Shown here: positions 1-9,059 of the stretch, in pieces
Numbering within the stretch: the first letter of the stretch is position 1
How the letters are laid out: each line of letters begins with the position of its first letter
Virus record (IMG/VR): IMGVR_UViG_3300048574_000496
Coordinates: 1-61,342 of that record
Strand: one strand, 5' to 3'
Source: a virus
Taxonomy: Duplodnaviria; Caudoviricetes
DNA length: 61,342 bases
The notes under the pieces: model-generated
Database searches by the model: none
What the model saw: the letters and a program-made list of their open reading frames with translations, nothing else
Told to the model about the DNA's origin: nothing
Program-made: the position numbers and the translations under genes

Positions 1-1011
1 ATGCAGAAAATATTGATCACCGGCGCGGCCGGATTCATCGGTCACGGTCTGGCGCTTCGGTTGCTGGCCGAAGGACGGACAGTAGTCGGGCTGGATAATC
101 TCAACGACTACTATGATCCGCAGCTGAAACGGGATCGCCTGGCCGAGTTGCAGGCCTTTTCAAGCTTTCGCAACGCCGAATTTGACATGGCCGACCGGGA
201 ACGCACCGCCGCCCTGTTCGCCGACGAGCAATTTGACGCGGTGGTCAATCTGGCAGCCCAGGCCGGGGTCCGTTACTCGCTGATCAATCCCCACTCCTAC
301 GTGGACACCAACCTGGTTGGGTTTGTGAATTTGCTCGAAGGGTGCCGTCACAACGGGGTCAAACATCTGGTGTACGCCTCGTCGAGTTCGGTGTACGGCG
401 CCAACACCCGGATGCCGTTTTCAGTGCACGACAACGTTGACCATCCGGTTTCGCTGTATGCGGCGTCGAAAAAAGCCAATGAACTGATGGCCCACACCTA
501 CAGTCATCTGTTTAAGCTTCCAACCACCGGGCTGCGGTTTTTTACCGTGTACGGCCCCTGGGGGCGGCCCGACATGGCATTGTTTCTGTTCACCAAGGCC
601 ATTCTCGAGGATCAGCCGATCAACGTCTTTAACAACGGCAACATGGAGCGCGATTTTACCTACATCGACGATATTGTCGAAGGCGTGGTGCGGGTGATTG
701 ACCATGTGGCCGCGGCCAACCCCGCCTGGAGCGGCGACCGTCCTGATGCGGCCACCAGCTATTGCCCCTGGCGGGTTTTTAACATCGGCAACAACAACAA
801 AGAAAAGCTGATGCGCTACATCGAGGTGCTTGAGGAGTGTCTGGGACGCAAGGCGCGCAAGAACTTTCTTCCCATGCAGGACGGCGACGTGCCCGCGACC
901 TACGCCGATGTGACCGATCTGGTCGAAGCGGTTGGCTTTAAGCCGGCCACCTCGATCGAGGCCGGCATCAAGAATTTCGTCGACTGGTATCGAGGCTACT
1001 ACAAGGTGTGA
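1..1011 (+). CDS. NAD-dependent epimerase, UDP-glucuronate 4-epimerase-like (extended SDR)
   Basis: TGAAGFIG Rossmann motif, YAASK catalytic motif, [11 protein letters not shown] and [16 protein letters not shown] motifs typical of this family. Confidence 0.93.
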   Translation: MQKILITGAAGFIGHGLALRLLAEGRTVVGLDNLNDYYDPQLKRDRLAELQAFSSFRNAEFDMADRERTAALFADEQFDAVVNLAAQAGVRYSLINPHSYVDTNLVGFVNLLEGCRHNGVKHLVYASSSSVYGANTRMPFSVHDNVDHPVSLYAASKKANELMAHTYSHLFKLPTTGLRFFTVYGPWGRPDMALFLFTKAILEDQPINVFNNGNMERDFTYIDDIVEGVVRVIDHVAAANPAWSGDRPDAATSYCPWRVFNIGNNNKEKLMRYIEVLEECLGRKARKNFLPMQDGDVPATYADVTDLVEAVGFKPATSIEAGIKNFVDWYRGYYKV

Positions 1012-1227
1012 GGGGATGCTTTGCCGGTCCCTTTGGTCGGAATTTTTACCCGGCTCGGCATCGTTTTTCCAGATAACGTTTGCCGGGCGGCACAACGGCG
1101 CCGCTGAAAAGCAGGGCGAAGCCTACAATGTTATGGTAATTGAGAAAACTTTTTGGTAGAAAGAAAAGCCGGTCAGTTCGAGCGTTCTGCTCATGCTGAC
1201 CTCACCGACTGCCATTCGCATTTGTAA

Positions 1228-1304
1228 GGACGGGTAGCTCAGCTGGATAGAGCGTTGGCCTCCGAAGCCAAAGGTCGCGGGTTCGAATCCCGCCTCGTTC
1301 ACCA
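1228..1304 (+). tRNA. tRNA-Arg (anticodon CCG)
   Basis: Cloverleaf: acceptor GGACGGG/CTCGTTC, D arm GCTC/GAGC, anticodon stem TTGGC/GCCAA with loop CTCCGAA, T arm GCGGG-TTCGAAT-CCCGC, encoded CCA. Confidence 0.97.
1257..1304 (+). repeat. att core (48 bp, tRNA-proximal copy) of the integrated island
   Basis: Identical to 19411-19458 (GGCCTCCGAAGCC...GTTCACCA). Confidence 0.95.
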
Positions 1305-1310
1305 ATAATT

Positions 1311-1347
1311 AAAGCCACTTAGCAACTTTTTGCTAAGTGGCTTTTTT
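1311..1347 (+). terminator. Rho-independent terminator after tRNA-Arg
   Basis: AAAGCCACTTAGCA / TGCTAAGTGGCTTT stem followed by a T run; near-identical hairpin at about 19467-19502. Confidence 0.8.
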
Positions 1348-1352
1348 CATTT

Positions 1353-1371
1353 TGTGCCCCTATTGTGCCCC
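1353..1371. promoter_or_regulatory. Putative integrase arm-type sites (TGTGCCCC x2, 11-bp period)
   Basis: Same pair at 19266-19284 and inverted at 19186-19204, i.e. at both element ends. Confidence 0.7.
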
Positions 1372-1432
1372 AGGTCTCCAAAAAGTCTTTTCTGGGGGGG
1401 TGGTTTGCGTTGATGTATCGGTGCCATCGGGT

Positions 1433-1815
1433 GACCGACATCTCCTCGCCGGTCTACTGCCTGCTGGCCGTGTTGTCGAACCTGGAAGCGCCGCAGCGCC
1501 TCTGGCTGGAGAGCCAGAGTTGTGGCCGTTGCCGCTTTCCCTCTTTGGTGTCGGCCGGTTCACGCTGCTGCCGCTGTGGCGTCCGTCCCCACTGGTGTTG
1601 AAAAAGAAAGGCCAGGCCGGCGCGGTGTCGCGTGGTCTGCCGCGGTCCGATTGTGCTTGGTGATCCGCCGCGCCGCCGGCCTGATCGCTCGACCGACATC
1701 CTCTCGGCGGTCTACTGCCTGCTGGCCGTGTTGTCGAACCTGGAAGCGCCGCCGGGACCCCTGGCCGGCGCGCCTGAGTTGCCCGTTGCCGATTTCTCTC
1801 TTTGTTGCCTGGCCG
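1433..1815 (+). repeat. Imperfect ~120-bp direct repeat pair with a 45-bp identical core (1450-1494, 1708-1752)
   Basis: CGGTCTACTGCCTGCTGGCCGTGTTGTCGAACCTGGAAGCGCCGC twice, 258 bp apart, flanks also similar. Confidence 0.85.
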
Positions 1816-2174
1816 CTGTTGTGTCCATCTTCCGGCCCGGTGTCGTGGCGGGCGACCGTGGTGATCCAGACCGCCGCAGTTGATTATTTCACTGGTCGCG
1901 AATATAGGATTGCCGGATTGATCCCGTGTCAGTCCAGCGGAAAGGGCTGGGCGAGAAGCCAAAAAAGAAGAAACGGCGTGCAAAAGAAACGAAAAAACAT
2001 GGTGCCATCAAAGGCGTAAGAACGAAAAACCATTGTTTTGTGATGGATTCAGTCGGTCAGTTTCCGCCTCGATGTTTCTGTTGTGTTTCCTGGGCGCAAG
2101 TGCAGGGGGGTGGGGTAGGTGGTAGTCGGAGTCAAGAATGCCGTTTTGCCTCCCGCGCTTTTCTTCGTTTTTAC

Positions 2175-2527
2175 TAAACAGAAACTTCGTTTCTTTTTTT
2201 GTTTGCCGGAATAACTAATGTTTTTTTGGTTAAATTTCCCCGATTGGTGGTATGTAAATGACTTCCATGATTGCTTCCGTGATCGGGTAGATGGTGAAAT
2301 AGGTAAAGTCGCTTGCCTGGTAATGACCGATTCGCCTTGTTTTTTTCCTTGTCGCGGTGGGTATCACCAAGCCGCCTTCCTGACAGCTTAACCGGCTCCA
2401 CCCGGCTCCACCTGGCTCTGGCTGCTCAGCTAAACAAGAAACTATGTTCTTTTTCTTGTTTGCCGGAATAACGAATGTTTCTGGGGTTAAATTTATCTGA
2501 ATGGTGGCATGTTGAAGAGTTCCCATG
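2175..2527 (+). repeat. Imperfect ~95-bp direct repeat pair (about 2175-2269 and 2431-2527)
   Basis: TTGTTTGCCGGAATAAC...GGTTAAATTT...TGGTGG...CCATG shared, 257 bp apart. Confidence 0.8.
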
Positions 2528-2844
2528 GAACTCCCTTGATGGTGAGCCAGGTCGTTTGGTAATTGCCAAGAAACGCTGATTATTGTTTCTGTATTTACGT
2601 TTTATAAGGTGCTTTTGGATGTGGATGGATGGTGGTGAATGTAAATAGGGCGGGAGTCTTCAAAAAGCCTTGTTTTTTGGCATGTTGCACCACCGAAACC
2701 GATGATTTTTTAAAAACCACTTTATTGCCATTGGCCCATGTGTTCAATTTTATTAAATAAAATGTTAAAAGTTTACATAATGGATGTTATGCGACGTTTG
2801 TGTTTTTGTCGCCAAAACAATACAACTTGCTGTTTTCATTGTGG

Positions 2845-3186
2845 TTAATTTTTAACCTGCAGTTTTAAGGAGTTGCATTTTTTCATGTGGGCCTTGAGGT
2901 CGCTTATTAAGAAACGTTTTCTTGCTCCATACTGGACCGTTTTCAAACCAGATTCAACCCACCTATGTATGGTTGTCGGCGATACCCCGCAATAGGCGGC
3001 AGCTTCTTGTTGCGTCAGTTTTCGACTGTCCGGTGGTAAATCGGTTCTCCCCGTTTTCGCTTTTACCTCCCCCATGCGTGCTAAACGTGCGGTTTCTGAT
3101 ACGCCAATGGCATGATTCAGGCGACTGTTTGAATCATTGTTGGATGTTGGGGTGCCGGCCAATTTTTCCTTTCTCTCTTTTGTCAT
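2845..3186 (-). CDS. Excisionase-like HTH DNA-binding protein
   Basis: C-terminal LTQQEAAAYCGVSPTTIHRWVESGLK...YGARKRF pattern (HTH_17-like). Confidence 0.75.
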   Translation of the reverse strand: MTKERKEKLAGTPTSNNDSNSRLNHAIGVSETARLARMGEVKAKTGRTDLPPDSRKLTQQEAAAYCGVSPTTIHRWVESGLKTVQYGARKRFLISDLKAHMKKCNSLKLQVKN

Positions 3187-3196
3187 GTGGTGACTT

Positions 3197-3775
3197 TTAC
3201 CTGTTCATTGATTTCGTGCGAGAGTGTCGCGGGGGGAAATCCACCACCGACGGGTAGCCGGTCGCGGCATGGATCGCCGCGCCGATGGCCCAGCCTTCAG
3301 CCACGCAGACCGGCCAATCTGGTTCAGGTGGGCCGCCAACGAGGCCCAGCAGGCCAGAGACGGCGCCGCCTTTCAAAAACCTCTTCTGTCCTTGCTGGCT
3401 AATCGTCTGAAAGGGAAAACCACACTCTCCGTGTCGCACATTGGAACCAGCAGCAGGCGGCCCTCTTGACAGAGCCCGTTATCTTCGCCCTTGCCGGCAA
3501 GATAGGGGTGGTCACGATTTGCCGGGCCGGCCGCTTCCCACCGTCGGACAGCCTCAGCGGCGGCCGCCTCCCGATCCGGCCGCCGCTGGCTGTTTGTCTC
3601 TTTGGTTCGTTTCTCTGGAGCCGGTTGAGTGCGGCCCATCAGCGGCAGACGCTCAGGCCAGAGTCCGCGGGCACGCAAGGCGCTGATAACATCCTGATTG
3701 GAGCATCCGGCCCAGCATTTCACCACTGGCCGCAGGTTGTCGCCCGGGGCGCGGGCTATCGTTTCGATAGTCTCA
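3197..3775 (-). pseudogene. Degenerate Zn-finger/Toprim primase (TraC-like), split across frames and truncated
   Basis: VKCWAGC..DVISALRARGLW and HPYL..KG in ORF 3373-3726; Toprim motif VAEGWAIGAAIHAATG in a different frame (3197-3439); first half of the Zn finger missing. Confidence 0.65.
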
Positions 3776-4102
3776 TCACGCGCTTCCCTTCCTCAGGTGG
3801 GCTCGATGAATGGTTGTCTCTATGTTGTCGGCAAGGGTGTAGACAATTTCGCCCAGCTCTTCGATGGCGGTGTACAGGGCAAAGAGGGTGGGTGTCGTAA
3901 CGAGTTGATGCATGCGGCAGTCGTTGCACGGTTCGTGTGGAGCCTCTTTTTCAAGGAGTTGCGCTTGAACTGCAGTCATGATCGTGCCGATCCTGGCGAC
4001 CGAGGTTCCGATGGCGCGGATCCGGTCTGCGGCCGAAGCCACGTCCCTTTGTTCAAGTGCGGAAAGCGTGGTTAGTGTTCCTGGCTGCTGTATTGCGTTC
4101 AT
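3776..4102 (-). CDS. Hypothetical satellite protein (CxxC)
   Basis: Start overlaps the upstream stop (ATGA); resembles 5481-5831. Confidence 0.6.
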   Translation of the reverse strand: MNAIQQPGTLTTLSALEQRDVASAADRIRAIGTSVARIGTIMTAVQAQLLEKEAPHEPCNDCRMHQLVTTPTLFALYTAIEELGEIVYTLADNIETTIHRAHLRKGSA

Positions 4103-4494
4103 GACCTGACCTCCCGCCCCGTTTTTATAGGCTCCCGTTTTGCGAGGTCACGGGGTAGTATGTGGCAGGCGTTAAGGCGGCGTTCCAGTTCCCCCCATGT
4201 CGTGCTGAGGTTTTCTCGATGCTCGTTGATTATCATCTGAATTTCCTTGATCAGATCCGTCGCTACCGAAAGCGCCCACCCTATATGTTCCTCACTAATC
4301 ATGAACTTGTCGGATGATGGATCCTGGCAACCTGATATCAGGTGAATGACGGCATTCAGTTTGTCGAGGGGCTCTTCCGGTTCGCCATCACCGTGCACAA
4401 ATCCCAGGTGTAGGTTGGATAACAGTTCGCTGGTGCTAATGATCGCTCTTTGTTGTTCCTGGCCTGCGTGTGCTGCTGGTGTATGACCGTTCAT
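4099..4494 (-). CDS. Hypothetical satellite protein, paralog of the C-terminal part of 4491-5174
   Basis: EPEEPLDK..AV...SGCQD...WAL vs EPYEPIDK..AV...MGCQD...WAL; ATGA overlap. Confidence 0.65.
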   Translation of the reverse strand: MNGHTPAAHAGQEQQRAIISTSELLSNLHLGFVHGDGEPEEPLDKLNAVIHLISGCQDPSSDKFMISEEHIGWALSVATDLIKEIQMIINEHRENLSTTWGELERRLNACHILPRDLAKREPIKTGREVRS

Positions 4495-5174
4495 TGCTGC
4501 ACCTTCTGTCCCGTTCTCCTGTGGGGCGTCTCGCCGCAGTCATGGCCCACCAAAAAATAGGGCGCAAGCCGGTTGCTGATCTCCTCATAAAGGGTATGGC
4601 AATGGTCCTGGTATACCTCGGCCCGTTTTCCTGCTTCAATCAGGAGGTCAGACAGGAGAATCAGGGCCCAGGTTACATCATTAGGGTAAAGCCTGATTAT
4701 ACTGGTTTCCTTATCCTGGCAGCCCATGAGCATGCTAACAACGGCTTTGGCTTTGTCGATGGGCTCGTAAGGCTCTTGCAATTGCTCCCCAGCTGATGTG
4801 CAATATGGGCTCAATCCGTCCATGATTTTATCGGCGTCAATGCATGACGTCCCCTCGGCAGTACTCCTGTCGGCGGTCGCCAGCTGTATGACCTGGCGGC
4901 GATAATCCTCCAAGTGTGCCTTGGCCACTGCAAGCGTTTGGGTCAGGGATGTATCCTGCGATTGCGGAATCATGGATTTGCCGTTTTTGCCGGCGTTATT
5001 TTTACCGTGCTGCCGGCGGAGACGTTTTAAGCCTCGGTTCACCATGGCGATGGTGTCGGCAATGTCGATGGCTTTGGCTACATCGTGATGGTGGCCGCCG
5101 TCGGCGACCGTTGGGTTATTCGTTCCATAGTCGGCAACTGCTGACAAGGCGGGAAGGCTGTTGGTTTTGGCCAT
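4491..5174 (-). CDS. Hypothetical protein, first gene downstream of the C4-like switch (longer frame from 5339 has an Ash-like N-terminus)
   Basis: AGGAGA SD upstream of ATG 5174 (MAKTNS); the in-frame extension runs through the RNA structure. Confidence 0.6.
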   Translation of the reverse strand: MAKTNSLPALSAVADYGTNNPTVADGGHHHDVAKAIDIADTIAMVNRGLKRLRRQHGKNNAGKNGKSMIPQSQDTSLTQTLAVAKAHLEDYRRQVIQLATADRSTAEGTSCIDADKIMDGLSPYCTSAGEQLQEPYEPIDKAKAVVSMLMGCQDKETSIIRLYPNDVTWALILLSDLLIEAGKRAEVYQDHCHTLYEEISNRLAPYFLVGHDCGETPHRRTGQKVQQ

Positions 5175-5223
5175 ACATAGTTCTCCTATTGGTAGTTTTT
5201 TTGCGCTTTCCAGAACGCAAAAA

Positions 5224-5294
5224 GGGCGGGTTAGTGCGGGCTGGAAAATGGCAATAGGCAACCATCGGGCCGAGGCCCCCCGCACAGCCCGCCC
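5224..5294 (-). ncRNA. C4/CI-like antisense RNA (P1/P7 immI or P4 type)
   Basis: Closing stem GGGCGGG-CT-GTGCGGG / CCCGCAC-TAA-CCCGCCC enclosing GCCTATT and TTTCCAG, complementary to boxes repeated upstream (5364-5370, 5378-5384) and downstream (5185-5190, 5207-5213). Confidence 0.72.
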
Positions 5295-5416
5295 AAAGAA
5301 AAGAGCAATCCTGTGCACTGGACGCAAAAAAACCGCCAAACATAGAGTGGTGGCGGTGCGTCCGCCTATTATTCAGGTTTCCAGGCCCGACAACCGTTTT
5401 TTGCGGCTGCAGTGAT

Positions 5417-5446
5417 AGAATTGCCTTAATCGGATACGGTTGTCAA
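5417..5446 (-). promoter_or_regulatory. Putative sigma70 promoter of the C4-like operon
   Basis: TTGACA at 5446-5441; weak -10 (AATTCT) 18 bp downstream. Confidence 0.45.
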
Positions 5447-5480
5447 CAGGGAAAATGACCGGGCGGGCGACTCCCCGTAA

Positions 5481-5831
5481 TTATTGCCCCTCCGCCTCTG
5501 GATTGCTCTCTTTCCGCCCCGGCAACCCGTTTCTGGTTTCGCTGGCCAGAAGGTGGGAATACTGAGTCAATGCCCGCACCACTTGGTAAAGCCCTGCTAC
5601 GGTGTCTCCGCCACCAAGAATGTCATGCCACTCGCCGCATTCCTCGCAACGCGGTCGAGCCTTGGTTAAAGAAATGAAATTTAACACCTTGTTGACCGCG
5701 CCGATAGCCTCGCTGTTGTCCTGGATCTGCTCCAGGTTCTCCTGAATCCAATCTTCGGGGAGTTCTACGGTGACCCCTTTGAGCATTTCGGGGGTGAGGT
5801 TGATTGTGCCAAAGTCTTGCATTTTGTCCAT
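5481..5831 (-). CDS. Hypothetical protein (CEEC motif) downstream of the tape measure gene
   Basis: GAGG SD, 26 bp after the TMP stop. Confidence 0.65.
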   Translation of the reverse strand: MDKMQDFGTINLTPEMLKGVTVELPEDWIQENLEQIQDNSEAIGAVNKVLNFISLTKARPRCEECGEWHDILGGGDTVAGLYQVVRALTQYSHLLASETRNGLPGRKESNPEAEGQ

Positions 5832-5857
5832 GTGTGCCTCTCTATTTTGGATGGAGA

Positions 5858-8614
5858 TTATCTGTTGCTGCTGCGGCGTTGGTTGTAATTGTCGACCGCC
5901 CTGATAAGCTGGGGGATATGTTCCTTTCCGATCACCATCGGATGTGGCTTGGTGCTTCCGGGCAGGGTCAAATTGAGATTGATCGTCTCGGACGGAGTGG
6001 GGGCGTCCGCCAGGCCGCCTTGTTGGAACCGCTGATGTGCCGAATTGTTAGCTAGGGCAATCAGGCCGCCGATCCTTGCTTTGACAGTGTTGATATTGGT
6101 GATGCTCATGGCGTTAAGGGCCTGAAGGTATCCCACGCCATACCGTGCCACCGCTTCCTTCCGGACCACAAATTCACCCGGCTCCAGCAGCGCCCGCACC
6201 CGGTCACCGCCGCCGTATCCAGACAGCTTGCCGCCCCGGGCCAATTTGTGCACCACGCCGCCCAGGGCCTTGGTCTGTACCTGGTTGATGTAGACTTGCA
6301 TCGTTCGGTCGGCGAACGTCTTATCGAGCAGGCGGCCGGCTTCATCGGTGACCTGAACGAACATGCCCTGCATCTCCAGGACAGATTCCTCCCAGGATTT
6401 GACCGGCATGGTGATGGTCCGCATCACTGGAACGATCTCTTCTTTGACCTTTGTCTTGATCCCTTCAATGCTCTTCGTAACCGCTTCAAGCTGCCCGGCA
6501 AGTTCAGGGGCGCTTTTTTTGAGATCTTCGAGGAGCGCACCGCCGGTTTCCTTGTTGAGCGCCGCCGCGGCCGTGCTGATGGACTGGGCCTGCTGGGTGA
6601 GAATGTCCGCCTTGAGCTTGCCCGCGCGTTCGACGCCTGTCATTGCGGTTTTCAAGGCCTCACCAGAGCTAATGGCGATCTGGTCGCCACTCTTGACCTC
6701 GGTGTTCAATTCACGGTAGGCCGTTTTCGCCTTCTGAGCGTATTCCACCGCTACGGCGAAGCTCTCCTTGCCGGTTTCGACATTTCCGGCAGCAAAGGCG
6801 GCTTTAGCCCCCTCCGCCGCCTTTTTGGCGGCTGCCTCGAACTCTGCCGCCTCTTTCTTCTGATCTTTCCAGGCCGAGACGTCGGACATTCCGGTTCGGG
6901 ACATGCTGCGCAGCTCTTCGGAAAGAGATCGCGTTTCGTTGGCGATCTCTCCCTGCAGCTTCTTCACTTCGTCCGCATAGTCTTTGTACTTCTTTTTCAT
7001 CTCGTCCAAGGCCTTGCCGGTGACCTGTTTTTGTTCGGTCGCCGAAGAACCGGCGGCAACCGCAGCCCGCGCATGGACAACCTTGGCGGCAACGCCGTAT
7101 TCATTCATGGCCTTCTCGATTTCTGACAGCTTGCCCTTGGCGGCAGCGAGTTCGACGGTTGCCTGCCGGGCGCCTTCTGTTTGAGATCCCCACATGTTTG
7201 TTTCTCGGGAGGCGATGTAGAGCGATTGCACAATAGCGGCCTGGTATTTGTACGCGCCCTCCAGCTTCTTTTTGTAGCTCTCCAGTTCCCTTTCCGATTT
7301 GGCAAACATGGATTCCTTGGTTTCGGGGGTGAATCCGGCGAACTGACGGAATTTTGCTGTAGTGGCATCGATTTCAAGCTGCAGTTTGCGCAAATCCCGT
7401 TCTGCCGGCTCGGTGGCTTTGTAAATGCGCTCGCCGATATTCATGCCGGCGAGAAACCCCAGGGTTGAGCCTGCCGCCGCGCCCAGCGCTCCAGATAGTC
7501 CCATAGCTGACACCTTGGCCATATCAAGGTTTACGTGGAGTTTGGACAGGTACGGAATCAGTTGTAATCCAGTCATGACAACCATGGCGGCGTTCAAACC
7601 CTTCCATACCCCGGTTAATAGGGCAATGGTTCGAGATAAAGCGGACATCGCAACCAATCCGCCAGCTACCTTGGCGGCTGCCTCGCCGTGGTTAACCGCG
7701 AAATTCAAAACCGCTTCAGATAGTGTGAAAAACTTAGAGGCCAGGTCGGTGATGGTTTCCTTCATGGCAGGATCGTTCATTGCTGCGGTGACGTCTTTGA
7801 TCTTTCCTGTTGCCAGGTCCATAAACCCAGATTCGCCGATCGCAATTCGCAGATCAAACCATGCGTTCTTGAACCGGTTTAGTGCGGCCACCGGACCATC
7901 GGCGCCATCTATTGCACCTTTGCCAAATGCTTTGTGAAGCTCTGCGGCCAATTTCGGAAGCATGTCAACAGCAGCCACCTCGCCATTTTGCAGGAGTTTG
8001 TCAAGCTCCTGCGTAGTTACTCCCATTGCACGGGCCGCTATTTGGAAGGCTCCTGGCAACCGTTCACCTAATTGTCCGCGCAACTCCTCAGCGCTGACGT
8101 TGCCCTTGCTTATCATTTGGCTGATTGCGAGTAGTGACCCTTGGGTTTCTTCGGTTGACATGCCTAGGGCTGTGGATGCCTCAGAAACGGCAAGGAATAT
8201 GTCGCGGGTGGCTTTGCCCTCAAGAACCGTGCCCCTGGAGGCTGCAGACAACAATTTGAACGCATCGGCTGTACTGGTAAATTCCAGGCCCAATTCTTCA
8301 GCCGTGGACCGCACGAATGCGAGCTCCTGCTTAGCGGCTTCGGCTGATCCCGTGATAGTCGTGAAGGCCTTTTCAAGCTGGTCCATCTTTGTACCAGCGT
8401 CAAAGATTGATTTTGCGAAGACGGTCGCCGAAATGCCTCCGAATAGCCCAGCGAACTTCCCAGCTATCCCGGCAAGGCCAGCGTCAAGCTCCCTGACCCC
8501 TTTGGTCGATGTTCCAATCTGTTCTTGAAACACCTTCCACCCCTTGGTGGCCTTGCCGATCCCGCTGGTAAATGGGCTGGGGTTTAAAGAGAGAACGAAT
8601 TCAATGTCTTTCAT
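5858..8614 (-). CDS. Phage tail tape measure protein (918 aa) in the satellite
   Basis: Tape-measure domain AISQMISKGNVSAEELRGQLGERLPGA, Ala-rich helical body, hydrophobic segment, C-terminal GG...GGGDRVRALLEPGEFVVRKEAV motif. Confidence 0.92.
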   Translation of the reverse strand: MKDIEFVLSLNPSPFTSGIGKATKGWKVFQEQIGTSTKGVRELDAGLAGIAGKFAGLFGGISATVFAKSIFDAGTKMDQLEKAFTTITGSAEAAKQELAFVRSTAEELGLEFTSTADAFKLLSAASRGTVLEGKATRDIFLAVSEASTALGMSTEETQGSLLAISQMISKGNVSAEELRGQLGERLPGAFQIAARAMGVTTQELDKLLQNGEVAAVDMLPKLAAELHKAFGKGAIDGADGPVAALNRFKNAWFDLRIAIGESGFMDLATGKIKDVTAAMNDPAMKETITDLASKFFTLSEAVLNFAVNHGEAAAKVAGGLVAMSALSRTIALLTGVWKGLNAAMVVMTGLQLIPYLSKLHVNLDMAKVSAMGLSGALGAAAGSTLGFLAGMNIGERIYKATEPAERDLRKLQLEIDATTAKFRQFAGFTPETKESMFAKSERELESYKKKLEGAYKYQAAIVQSLYIASRETNMWGSQTEGARQATVELAAAKGKLSEIEKAMNEYGVAAKVVHARAAVAAGSSATEQKQVTGKALDEMKKKYKDYADEVKKLQGEIANETRSLSEELRSMSRTGMSDVSAWKDQKKEAAEFEAAAKKAAEGAKAAFAAGNVETGKESFAVAVEYAQKAKTAYRELNTEVKSGDQIAISSGEALKTAMTGVERAGKLKADILTQQAQSISTAAAALNKETGGALLEDLKKSAPELAGQLEAVTKSIEGIKTKVKEEIVPVMRTITMPVKSWEESVLEMQGMFVQVTDEAGRLLDKTFADRTMQVYINQVQTKALGGVVHKLARGGKLSGYGGGDRVRALLEPGEFVVRKEAVARYGVGYLQALNAMSITNINTVKARIGGLIALANNSAHQRFQQGGLADAPTPSETINLNLTLPGSTKPHPMVIGKEHIPQLIRAVDNYNQRRSSNR

Positions 8615-8616
8615 TC

Positions 8617-8740
8617 TTAATCATCTCCAAAGGTTTCTTCTATTGCGGTAAGGAAAAAGCTGAATCCATATTCCCAAACCCGGTGGTGGCCAGCGGATAT
8701 CATTGCGCAGATAACCCGGTCAAGTTGTCTGCGGAACTGA
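8617..8740 (-). CDS. -1 frame extension of the tail assembly chaperone (gpGT-like C-terminus)
   Basis: Open -1 frame RRQLDRVICAMISAGHHRVWEYGFSFFLTAIEETFGDD* fills the gap and stops 2 nt before the TMP start; no canonical slippery heptamer seen. Confidence 0.55.
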
Positions 8741-9059
8741 GAAGGTGAGCAAGGCGGTCGGAAGCCTCGATCCTCCTCTGGATCATCGAGGCTAAGGAAG
8801 GGTTTACTTGTGCCACCTCGGCACAGAGTGTCACTAGTTCTGAAGGTTTGGCCTCTTCAAGTTGTTCAATCGGTATCCCGGTGCACTCTGTGACAATCAA
8901 GGCGGGAACAGAGTGATTTATCAGGTCGTCCATAAATTGCGCCCCCTCTTTGTTGAGACGCTCAAACACTTCCCGAACCTGCTTAACGGTCAACTCTTTA
9001 ATGGTCACGGTCTGTCCTTGGAATGTTGCGGTAGTCGTGTCTTGCATGGTGTGTGTCAT
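8700..9059 (-). CDS. Putative tail assembly chaperone
   Basis: Immediately upstream of TMP; VTIKELTVKQVRE...LEEAKPSEL...VNP pattern; ATGA-coupled to the upstream ORF. Confidence 0.68.
   Translation of the reverse strand: MTHTMQDTTTATFQGQTVTIKELTVKQVREVFERLNKEGAQFMDDLINHSVPALIVTECTGIPIEQLEEAKPSELVTLCAEVAQVNPSLASMIQRRIEASDRLAHLLSSADNLTGLSAQ

Noticed and set aside
1123-2177. Several ORFs over the tRNA and the left-arm repeats
   Set aside because: 1123-1305 is the antisense shadow of the tRNA; the others have no motifs, overlap each other and are better explained as repeat DNA.
5858-9059. Tailocin, contractile injection system or cf-PICI
   Set aside because: No tube, sheath, baseplate, capsid, portal or terminase genes recognised in the island.
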